Below are positions 57,301 through 64,000 of a DNA stretch of 64,000 nucleotides, one piece after another. Origin of the DNA: an uncultured virus (IMG/VR IMGVR_UViG_3300023210_000024) (taxonomy: Duplodnaviria; Heunggongvirae; Uroviricota; Caudoviricetes); IMG/VR virus record IMGVR_UViG_3300023210_000024; one strand, 5' to 3'. The stretch's first letter is position 1; each line of letters starts with the position of its first letter. The notes under the pieces are model-generated. The model was not told where the DNA came from and did not search any database. It worked only from the letters and a program-made list of their open reading frames with translations. The position numbers and the translations under genes are program-made.

Positions 57301-59217
57301 AAACTTATCGTTTACACCTGGATATTGTTCTTTTGTTTCTTCTCTATTATTAGCACTATAATTCGCTGTAGACCTATAATTTGTCTTATAATATGTTGGC
57401 CATGGGTATATGGTTTTTGGAGCTTCGCCATTAGCTTGTTTTTTTAATACCGATAATTGGTCGGTGGACCCACCATTGTTATCATTATTAAGTTCTATTT
57501 GTTTGTTTTCTTCATTGTGATGTTCTTCCGCTTCAATACTAACTTTTAAAAGTAACGCTACAAAATTTTCAACATTACACGACAAAATTGTAAATATATT
57601 TCTTATTGTTGGTCTAAACCCTAATATTCTTATAACGCCTTCATCTATCGCTTCTTTAACGGAGTTTCTTTTTTTCTCTATTTTTTCATCCAGTGTATTA
57701 ATGTCGCCATCTAACAGTGTGGTTAAAAAACCAACATCAATGTAATAATCACCAACTTCAGCGTTTGTATTAGGTACATTAGGGTAATTCAAATAATACC
57801 TAATCATACCATCTTGGAACATCATGTTGGGGTCGTCTAAGAAGTCTAACATTTGGTATCTTTCGGGTGTACCTTCTTCCGCAATTTGTTTACACCCAGT
57901 TAAACCACCATTTATTTGTTTATTTGACGCTACAGCAATATGTGTTCCACCACATTCTTTTTGCTGACCTAGTTCTTTAGTTGGGGTTTCCTTAATTGTT
58001 GGTATGTTTGCTGTTATCTCACCAAAACCTGTCCCATCTTTGTCTTCATTAATATTACCTTTTATTATGGGTCTATTCCAAACATCATGAAATAGGGTGC
58101 TGAGTGCATCGTCTGGGGCTTGGTTAAAGACGTAAAGTTCTTTTATATTTCTTTTAGTACCATCTGGGTTTGCTGCTTGTGTGAGTAAAGTGTCCTTAAT
58201 CTGCTCTTTAAAATCTCGTTCCAATTTGCTGGTGAATTTGGTTATTTCCGCCTTCATAGAGGCAACACTGTTTCTAACTGTGATTAGGTTAGCAATCTCT
58301 ATATAATCCGCATCCCCTTTAGCTTGTTGTAAAAAAATTTTTATCGCACTTATATCGTCTAACATGTTAGATATTGATTTACACTCAACATCGTCCCCAC
58401 CCACTTTTCTACAAAATGGTTGTACTTTTCCGGCATGATGACCCCCCTGAATAGAAACTCTTTCGACTGTTGAGAAATAATCTGACTCATCAAAAATACC
58501 ATTGTCCATATAATACGTGACCGCTTCATCGTATTTTTTTCTTAATGATGCTTTAGCTCCCCAACGGCTTGTCATATAGTTTGAACATCTAACAAACCCC
58601 ATTAACATGTCAGCTAAAAAAGCGTAGGACCACCCAATAAATTCTGCTTTACACTCAAAATTACCCGTTTCTGTGTTAAACTTTGTATTGAACTTTTGTA
58701 AATTTAAAAAATATGTTGCGGGTTTACCATAATACCCCTTAAGTGTTAGTTCGAATATTGGGTACGGTAAGTGGAAGAACATTCCATATGGTGAACAAGA
58801 ACCCTGTTCAAAAAGGGTGGCCCCTCTAATATCAACAAAGTCTATCACAACTTTTGGTACATAACTACCTTTGATTTCAATGTCTATATTTGTTATCCCA
58901 AAACCCTCAACATCTCCCCTGCTACCCGCGTCATCCATTTGTGAACCGCCAATATCTGACCACGCTGTTGTTAAAAATTCTCTTTTTTTACCATTACTAG
59001 TTGCTGTATCAGACACAACCATATCAACAGTGCTTATGTTAATATTTTCTTGTGATGTATCACCGTTAGTCCCTTCTGTTAAAAAACTCCTACCTTTTGT
59101 TTTAGCAACTAAACTTGCGTAGATATATAAATCTTCATGTTCAACGACTTGGTTTGGTGGGTTTGGGTCTATTATAGTTATCGGACCATCACGATATATT
59201 TTCGGTTCTATTGCCAT
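51304..59217 (-). CDS. Giant baseplate hub-like protein with C-terminal N-acetylmuramoyl-L-alanine amidase
   Basis: 2637 aa. Hub-like SMGNMMIQP...YLITEVKH...TTFKGVR, then amidase-2 motifs ALHW, YHYEI, AYHG..INSYSIGISY and SHH...SD. Confidence 0.72.
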   Translation of the reverse strand: MAIEPKIYRDGPITIIDPNPPNQVVEHEDLYIYASLVAKTKGRSFLTEGTNGDTSQENINISTVDMVVSDTATSNGKKREFLTTAWSDIGGSQMDDAGSRGDVEGFGITNIDIEIKGSYVPKVVIDFVDIRGATLFEQGSCSPYGMFFHLPYPIFELTLKGYYGKPATYFLNLQKFNTKFNTETGNFECKAEFIGWSYAFLADMLMGFVRCSNYMTSRWGAKASLRKKYDEAVTYYMDNGIFDESDYFSTVERVSIQGGHHAGKVQPFCRKVGGDDVECKSISNMLDDISAIKIFLQQAKGDADYIEIANLITVRNSVASMKAEITKFTSKLERDFKEQIKDTLLTQAANPDGTKRNIKELYVFNQAPDDALSTLFHDVWNRPIIKGNINEDKDGTGFGEITANIPTIKETPTKELGQQKECGGTHIAVASNKQINGGLTGCKQIAEEGTPERYQMLDFLDDPNMMFQDGMIRYYLNYPNVPNTNAEVGDYYIDVGFLTTLLDGDINTLDEKIEKKRNSVKEAIDEGVIRILGFRPTIRNIFTILSCNVENFVALLLKVSIEAEEHHNEENKQIELNNDNNGGSTDQLSVLKKQANGEAPKTIYPWPTYYKTNYRSTANYSANNREETKEQYPGVNDKFKDWPEVRFIEDFLDACNRLNENDEDLLEDKEGRPGWDNYMPINPLESKYYSKVQLKYREKIKSLQDSTALDNGIAEVIAERMFVTLDFSYFDPIRYNQFNLGLGFNYPGRIADTEEGNLQEIPQFQKQRLWGNTLYNVNNEETNNPVITLARIDAHNLMSCITDADTLSNLNLRLFSGGEGFLSKKIEQALKGAVEDRDKPTDGTNSWFTTDAEYTDLSENISPANILEDNVSYINNYEKEDGYWAYYPQGGYIRLLGKATIGGFGDENSTTAMKIYSDIRKMQPKYLFKLVEGGDFENTINENRVDLNYSPPGDITDRRLNLQTELGDAIKASSKHENPSTQKEMEAGYTIHDETKLVMFDGSINDSLRLFTTLGIGAESVDNEYRSFDLKYSGIPLYPTSDDPTNTSRIAPGWGSIKQSLYPFMQSTYMFLGNEGNTTKRGLEDYANWTNSGGGGQSVFPMSLTMEPPGTGMLSGVGMKNSNDGGGDSFPAFENNTKDPTKMGDLSTGFSTASEYNWGWVQEINNLIQIPLWLDNVNRFRNATTVDGFEPLLSTSDQTLHDARTSNADWGYKRPLTTSTSELNHSPTDAGLTTKQIESRNLAYLFLAGCKTTPFITCGQAEATKKTFYLTSDSAGDGAYNYRGDHYPKALRPFVTSQGLIKIPKIWVYGMGSVMWRWKMYMGTNTDGNGNIRWRHPAFGEEPTGMDPLAQPGHPGVACESREEVPINGFKLGNNEWTGRKNRSRTQDGNVTPNNGGSVVSTSWSLNQGESFANTVFQTEKNLWGSNIDQHKHTQISCFSRGVTRVDAINRATYAGNGPTSLVFNGTMDPTIAGTEVAIEWRDTFTYGCMFDYYGVYNADKKLNMSRPQGWIPNANSIHAGVEWVYLPKPTLTCPFCWGTYYTSYSYPKTRGPWTAMWDNFADDRGTGDGGNLYNTPNATLTQLGWQNGQKTSDDGNPPLELQMRSAKEAASNSFWPVLWCAPWQHFYTEAIAISGTKGLQHAEDDSSNKFVEQTMSLPMYDTIFKDYVGNFGYLGESNNNYAGVDITKVKFPLIVDLPTAFIFPDERPLPLTDVETYTVQLVIKAKPPNMGESALLCYEGGKYAEVMALLPTIIKEKFVTEFETWCDNDWRGKYLGVVDPVNFKLDGNNRTGDRNEDVQTGLLGESYRYDQFFNSDILEDLMGITAVKQFTDPEEGGSEDFFGVTTLSTDAQNGDDFQELQNTLVKEFYYAIIPTPRIFNLDVWNGDKSELNGEGVSKNAFYANKKLAELYLNSFQKEWKDHFQDKREELTVGPENRDDGSVLNDDDIKLSLYRSFKSIVDKWISSSTKVKAGTPSYFFNITDTNVVDDSMGSDHVPLAGHFSYVNRVMQEIGNKAVLDVMRLKKIPKNPKMSFYNVISDLLGENNFDFFPLPTYTNFANDKSDANLKSMFRSDTNSITKGSGPNFICMYVGGTSRTVSLKSKGSNCPTDNEDMSYNDDGFSMSNDAENSFPKPNEWQDPLEPLIGQTKKEFEDEVGYQGAKGRIEGNGVTAFRVAYGIENQNMFKSVELDQSEFSETNESLLVIDRLANGGNPGDKTNKGQNLHNLYLTRSYSCTVQSMGNMMIQPLQYFELTNIPMFYGTYLITEVKHNVKPHHIGTTFKGVRQPLATVPIVEDIATAMSLSMKTLDPLYGVDVLQTNNGTTIEINLPTSATSITDSGVEIYDIGETDKSNYYNHKFKLCDNCTVKVDGKWEESHNDDGSLKDRWWVAYNQPTSNITPSNVEYVALHWSGGYQKVEDSRTLQRRGLHYHYEINKDGGLWKLSDTKKIAYHGRPINSYSIGISYAGGVEDNKEGHVYVRTANDWNTEDLNLNGRDTFKAKKQWKAIIEAIVLAVEEYPNIKYVTSHHWFSSSKSDVGSEFPWDTLLAELATRNIHLKLKYSGTAPGGVDWVAGRDPSNVNSSNIDLAFVDNALEQEVTRGQQPTEPNSVGPGTETQINDPGNTPQEALGGAGQIT

Positions 59218-59219
59218 AA

Positions 59220-59540
59220 TTATAACCCATTGTAATTTTTATATAATATTATTTGTCTCTCGTATTCTTGTAGAGACGCTTGTAATGGATATGGTATGTT
59301 TAGTATGGTACCTACTGGTATGTCAAACTCTAAACCCCCATATTGTGGGTTAGCTTGTAATATTAACCACCCCATATTTGGGTTATTATAATGGTCATCA
59401 CTAATAATGTCAAGCCTACTATTTCCATCATACTTTATTTTAATGTCAGTACTTTTTTCTGGTATTCTAAGAAATGGTAATATCTTCATTTTACCATCGA
59501 ATTTAAATTCTTCGTACCTATCGTAATATCTTCTTGCCAT
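59220..59540 (-). CDS. Baseplate wedge gp53/LysM-like protein
   Basis: RLDIISDDHY...GWLILQANP...IPVGTILNIP. Confidence 0.8.
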   Translation of the reverse strand: MARRYYDRYEEFKFDGKMKILPFLRIPEKSTDIKIKYDGNSRLDIISDDHYNNPNMGWLILQANPQYGGLEFDIPVGTILNIPYPLQASLQEYERQIILYKNYNGL

Positions 59541-59549
59541 CTTTTAATT

Positions 59550-62500
59550 TTATTGTGGTTGTGCTCCTACAGCCGCTTTTATAGTGTTTAAACCTACCTC
59601 AGTTATATACCCCACACATTCTATTCTACCGTGTTGTTTTTTTGGAGATTTATCCCCCCCATTTGCGACTCTCTTATCAATGCTTGCTTGGTTTTCTCTA
59701 AGTGTTATTGAGAATGTAGTTTCCCATTGTGCTTTACCATCCTTTTTGATTCTCTCTTCTATATTTTCAATCAGGTCTGTAGACTCGTACTCATTTGTTC
59801 CAGCGTAAAATGCCCATTCCTGAAAAGAACTAATCCCACCACCTAACATGTATTGGCTTAAATTAAAGGCGAATAGTCCCCTACCAACTTGTTCCATTGG
59901 TACATTTCCAGATGAAATAACATATGCGTTTGAGTAATCACTGCTGCTGGCGGTGCTTTCTACTACAGCGTTATGGTCATCCCAAACAACAGCGGTATGA
60001 GAACCACCTTGACCAGCAGCAGTAGAACCGTCAAGTCTTAAACAAAAATTATCACTAGTTATTGTTACATAGTAGTCATTATTAAGGTCAGGGTGTATTT
60101 GCCCACATACCCACTGTGGAAGTAATCCACCTGTAGGGTCTTGTAAGGTTGACGCAAAAACACCCACACCGTTATCAGCGTTAAGATAATCCCCAGATAT
60201 AGTTATAGCTCCATTTTCGTTTTCGCGTGTTTCACCTTGGTTGTACCGTAAAGAACTTACTTCTTTAAATGCCGGCCCACCTTCATCTGTTGTTGTATTT
60301 TGTTGTCCGGTTTCTTCGGTACCATCTTGTGTTTCCTCTATTATCTCTTCTTCTGTTTTGTTGATGTCAGGCGTTTTCTTTACCCAAAATGTTTGATTAG
60401 ACATTTGACTCGGATATTCGTCATTACAATAATAAGCGTCCCAGTCATTTGGGTTTGCTTTAACCTCTGTCCACACTTCACTAGACACATTATCTTGTAT
60501 GTCAAGTTCTAAAGCCGCACTTTTGTCTGTCTCACCAACTAGAGTAGTATCTAAACAACCTGGAATGGCGTTTTGTGTGTTACCATCGTTACCACCTTCA
60601 CCTTGACTTGCCGCCTCTTCTGACTCGTTGGACTCATCGGGTTCATCGGACTCATTACTTATATCACCCACATTAGATTCTTCATTTTTACCAACCCCTA
60701 TCGCGTTGTCAAACTCTGTTGGCCCAGCAAATGGTCCGTAGAAATAATCTCTCTTTTCATTAATATTAATATCCTTTCTCTCATCCAATATTTTCTCCAA
60801 TGGCATATATAATGCCGTATTAGCAAAGAAGTTATAAGAAACAGCGTTTTGTAGTGCTGATAATGGTCCTTGTAATGTTGAACCACCGATAAATTTAAAG
60901 TTTAAATCAACACTACATAACATTGGTTGTACACCTATACCTTCAGGGTTAAGGTCCCACTGTAAAGGGTCAAACGTAAAGTTAATTGAGTCTATTATTA
61001 TTTTAGTAAAATAAAAATCACCTATCCTTAATACACACACAGGTGGTCTACCAAATGCTGTATTTTGTGGTTGGTTTGGGTCTATAAATGATGGTCCCTG
61101 TCTACCACATTGTTGTAAGAATGTAATTCTTGAGTTAAACCCTTCGGGTGTTATTGAATGGAAAGCTGGGTGGAAGTTTCTCAACTTATCCTTAATACTA
61201 TCATATAAAAATGAATCCTCTTCTTTTATTTTCATAAAATAATCACACTCATTAATAAAGTTTTTAGCTAAATCAAGTGCGGCCTGTTTTTCGGATTCAG
61301 CTTCAGCTTTTGCTTTTGCTTTTTTTGCCTTAAATTCATCTTGTAAACCTTCATTAATTCCTTGTATTCTACGGTCTTGTTCCTTTTGGAACTTATCTAA
61401 ATACGGTTTAATTAATTTTTCATTTTTTTCTAACCGTATATCAACCCTCCTAGATTCTAATTGACATGTGTTTTCTGAATCTGATGGGTGTAACCTACTT
61501 GGGGTTCTAATAAATTGTCCACTTTTTGAACTACCACCACCACTTAAATTTGAATTGTTGCCTAATCCGGAACTTTGGTCCTCTCCTTTACCACTAACCT
61601 TCCATCTAGGTGATTTGGCTATAGTTTTAACGCCCCCATTTTCTTTATATGGGCTATATTTTTTTTCCGCTTCTTTATATAACCCAATAGGTTCGAATCC
61701 CTCTACAGCCATCGCAACTTTACCATTTTCAGTAGTAACATGGTCTATCTCACATTTTTTCATTTGGTCGTACATCCATGCCGCAACTGTTAATGCTCTA
61801 TCATCGGCTAATTTGTTGTTGTATTTGCTATCACCTAAATTACTAGCGTTACCAGTTACAATAATTTTATAACCCTTCCCTTCAGGTGTGGTAGATAAAA
61901 ACTCTATTAACTGGCTTATACCTTGACCTATAACACCTGCTCCCGCAGTTGATACCTGAAATGACCACTCCTTATCCACACCCAAGTTCAATTTTGGGGT
62001 TTTGTTTGATTTATTATATGGTATGCTATCTGGTGTTGAGTCAGCGTCACCTGTACCGAAAAATCTCTCATTATACCCATTTCTACTACCCTTAAAACCT
62101 AATTTATCCGCACTTATAATAGTACCTGTGGTTGTAGAACCTGTAGTTGGTAGGCATTGATTACAGAATTCTTGTTTATCATACCCTTGCCCAGACCCTA
62201 TGTTATACCATAAATTTTTCAAATCCTTTGAAGTGTCTGGTCCCCATATTTGTTTTTGGCCGTTACCACACGATAATTTAGTGATTTCCCCACCTCTAGA
62301 GTTGTATGTATATATCGGAATTTCCACTAACTCCTCTTGTGTGAATCCTTCTGGAATCAAGTCTGACTCTTCTAAAAGTAAATGATATGATGCATAAGCA
62401 GTTGCATTTGAATTATCAGATTCTGACTCGCTTGCTGATTGAACAATATCTCCTTTAGCGGCCTCTTCACAAACAACAGCTCCAGAACACGACCCTTTCA

Positions 62501-64000
62501 TAGTCACTGAACCTGTTTTATACAACTTTGGGTTGTCATACCAATCTAACAAGTCCTTTTCATAGTTATAATCAAAACACCTACCCATGATGACGGATGT
62601 TTTAGAGTTAGCCCATTTATCTGATTCTTTACAAGAACTTGCTTTAGGAATTTCGGGGTATTCTGGATAATCCCCAGTCACATCATTATGTCTACTACCC
62701 ACAGCGTTTTTAAAATAAAAACTTAAACCATCTAATTGTTCAGCAATATCTATTATCACCTCTTTTTCCTCTACTTCTTCTGGTTTTGGTATTACTGTTT
62801 CTTCAGCTGGTATAATCTCTTTGTAAGCTTCCCTTATTATATTTTTTGTTGTATTAGCGTCACATCCAGCAAAGAATGTTTCTAAGTTTGTAGTTGAACT
62901 TACGGTTTCCACTTTCCCCTCTTCATTAACTTTTGTTGTTTTAAAGGCGTCATCTTTTAGTTTATTAAGTACTGATGGATGGTCAACAACAATTGAAAAT
63001 GTCAGTGTTCCCGTTCTTTCTGTATTATTGTATGTGTATATTGGTTCCGCTCTACCTATGAATGTTGTCGTGTCCCAATTAACGGATGTATTATCTGTGA
63101 AACTTATGTTATACGGTGGAAACCACATTAACCTACCACCAAAAGGTCCTTTCTCACATGCTGGTAATTTTCTATAATGTGGGGAGTCTTTCCAAGCTAA
63201 GTTTTCAATAGAAAACATATATGGTATAACATGTTTTTTATCAACAAGTAGACTATTTAGTTTTTCCGCTTTCATTATATCACCCTCTGTTAGTCCGTCC
63301 TTTTCCCAAGCTATTTTTGGTATCCCAGGGTTTCTTAATGTTGTGTACTTACCTAATTTTGTGCTTGGGTCTGATTTCCCATCTCTAATAGTACCAGGTT
63401 GGGTATTTCTCCATAGTTCATCATGTCTTATTAAGTCATGATATCTATTGTATGCGTTTCTTACTGACCATGAACGACAATAATATTTGTTTTCTTTTGT
63501 TTCTTTAACTAAATTACCTTGGGACATCTGTGTGTGTCTTCTATCACCACTTTTAGCGTCATAGTTTTGGTCCGAGTTTGGCATACCAATAAACCTAGCT
63601 GGTGTTCCGGCAATATTTGTTGATTTATCAATCAATTTTTGTGTGTAAGCTAATAACCCCCTTTTAGGTGTGTCGAGGTCATCCTTACGTTCTTTCCAAT
63701 ATAAATCATCATTCCAAACTTGTGGACCTGGTTCGTGACCTTGACTTGAACCAGGAACTAATGTTCCATCATTTTTTGTCCAAGTACCCTCAAAAGAACT
63801 TAATTCATCTAACCCAGGCGTTATTTTTCTGGGGCCTGATACCCAACGATTCCAATTTGAAATGTGTCCATCATCATCCCCTTTTTTATAGTCTTTTAAT
63901 AGATATTCAATTTCTTCACCATATTTTTCAAACTCAAAGCCTTGGTTTTTTAATTTATCATTTGTTACTAAAGCTACTGATGGGTTATCAGCCTCTGTAG
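59550..64000 (-). CDS. Large baseplate/tail-tube-initiator-like protein with OmpA-like domain; 5' end beyond the window
   Basis: Frame stays open from 63635 to the window end. IGRAEPIYTY..TER and PPVCVLRIGDFY (gp48/54-like) flank GNAS...YNNKLADDRA...RRVDI (OmpA/MotB-like). Confidence 0.75.
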   Translation of the reverse strand, partial: TEADNPSVALVTNDKLKNQGFEFEKYGEEIEYLLKDYKKGDDDGHISNWNRWVSGPRKITPGLDELSSFEGTWTKNDGTLVPGSSQGHEPGPQVWNDDLYWKERKDDLDTPKRGLLAYTQKLIDKSTNIAGTPARFIGMPNSDQNYDAKSGDRRHTQMSQGNLVKETKENKYYCRSWSVRNAYNRYHDLIRHDELWRNTQPGTIRDGKSDPSTKLGKYTTLRNPGIPKIAWEKDGLTEGDIMKAEKLNSLLVDKKHVIPYMFSIENLAWKDSPHYRKLPACEKGPFGGRLMWFPPYNISFTDNTSVNWDTTTFIGRAEPIYTYNNTERTGTLTFSIVVDHPSVLNKLKDDAFKTTKVNEEGKVETVSSTTNLETFFAGCDANTTKNIIREAYKEIIPAEETVIPKPEEVEEKEVIIDIAEQLDGLSFYFKNAVGSRHNDVTGDYPEYPEIPKASSCKESDKWANSKTSVIMGRCFDYNYEKDLLDWYDNPKLYKTGSVTMKGSCSGAVVCEEAAKGDIVQSASESESDNSNATAYASYHLLLEESDLIPEGFTQEELVEIPIYTYNSRGGEITKLSCGNGQKQIWGPDTSKDLKNLWYNIGSGQGYDKQEFCNQCLPTTGSTTTGTIISADKLGFKGSRNGYNERFFGTGDADSTPDSIPYNKSNKTPKLNLGVDKEWSFQVSTAGAGVIGQGISQLIEFLSTTPEGKGYKIIVTGNASNLGDSKYNNKLADDRALTVAAWMYDQMKKCEIDHVTTENGKVAMAVEGFEPIGLYKEAEKKYSPYKENGGVKTIAKSPRWKVSGKGEDQSSGLGNNSNLSGGGSSKSGQFIRTPSRLHPSDSENTCQLESRRVDIRLEKNEKLIKPYLDKFQKEQDRRIQGINEGLQDEFKAKKAKAKAEAESEKQAALDLAKNFINECDYFMKIKEEDSFLYDSIKDKLRNFHPAFHSITPEGFNSRITFLQQCGRQGPSFIDPNQPQNTAFGRPPVCVLRIGDFYFTKIIIDSINFTFDPLQWDLNPEGIGVQPMLCSVDLNFKFIGGSTLQGPLSALQNAVSYNFFANTALYMPLEKILDERKDININEKRDYFYGPFAGPTEFDNAIGVGKNEESNVGDISNESDEPDESNESEEAASQGEGGNDGNTQNAIPGCLDTTLVGETDKSAALELDIQDNVSSEVWTEVKANPNDWDAYYCNDEYPSQMSNQTFWVKKTPDINKTEEEIIEETQDGTEETGQQNTTTDEGGPAFKEVSSLRYNQGETRENENGAITISGDYLNADNGVGVFASTLQDPTGGLLPQWVCGQIHPDLNNDYYVTITSDNFCLRLDGSTAAGQGGSHTAVVWDDHNAVVESTASSSDYSNAYVISSGNVPMEQVGRGLFAFNLSQYMLGGGISSFQEWAFYAGTNEYESTDLIENIEERIKKDGKAQWETTFSITLRENQASIDKRVANGGDKSPKKQHGRIECVGYITEVGLNTIKAAVGAQPQ

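Noticed and set aside
635..64000. Many + strand ORFs of 60-190 aa in the track (e.g. 4013..4486, 31593..32174, 63668..64000)
   Set aside because: They are antisense shadows of long, motif-bearing - strand genes and have no recognisable motifs.
1..64000. Stop-codon reassignment
   Set aside because: Genes are full-length and tightly packed in the standard code, and TAG, TGA and TAA all end genes at sensible boundaries.
1..64000. CRISPR array, tRNA genes, introns or inteins
   Set aside because: No regularly spaced repeats or cloverleafs were seen in the few intergenic gaps. RNR, helicase, primase and recombinase are uninterrupted and of normal length. This was checked by eye only.

Overview
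AT-rich 64 kb segment of a large T4-like (contractile-tailed) phage genome, almost all coded on the - strand. The host is probably a member of Bacteroidota. Three things point that way: a short Bacteroidota-type primary sigma factor, TTTG-N18-20-TAnnTTTG promoters, and a signal peptide ending before Gln. Layout: (1) 0.6-14 kb, sigma factor, SbcC/SbcD (gp46/47-like), a dense block of small accessory ORFs, a DUF4338/DruA-like gene, PD-(D/E)XK nuclease, primase and RuvC-like resolvase; (2) 14-40 kb, baseplate, tail and fibre genes ending in gp6- and gp25-like wedge genes; (3) 40-47 kb, class II ribonucleotide reductase, DnaB, 5'-3' exonuclease, RecA/UvsX and gp32-like SSB; (4) 47-64 kb, head-associated proteins and very large baseplate proteins carrying cell-wall-lytic domains. 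The best candidate for a new system is the 7.1-12.2 kb block. Its small ORFs look like stand-alone fragments of the phage's own essential virion proteins: a major-capsid N-terminus, a miniature terminase ATPase and a terminase N-terminal helix. They and their neighbours share a terminal linear motif, (E/T)P-x-(K/R)-x-(V/I)-x-K-H-x-(F/L), which suggests a tagged decoy or assembly-interference array. Other highlights: a ~75-nt RNA bounded by its own promoter and terminator behind the sigma gene, a putative late-promoter motif that is the reverse complement of the T4 late promoter, and a three-enzyme lysin. All family calls come from motif recognition by eye, not from database searches.
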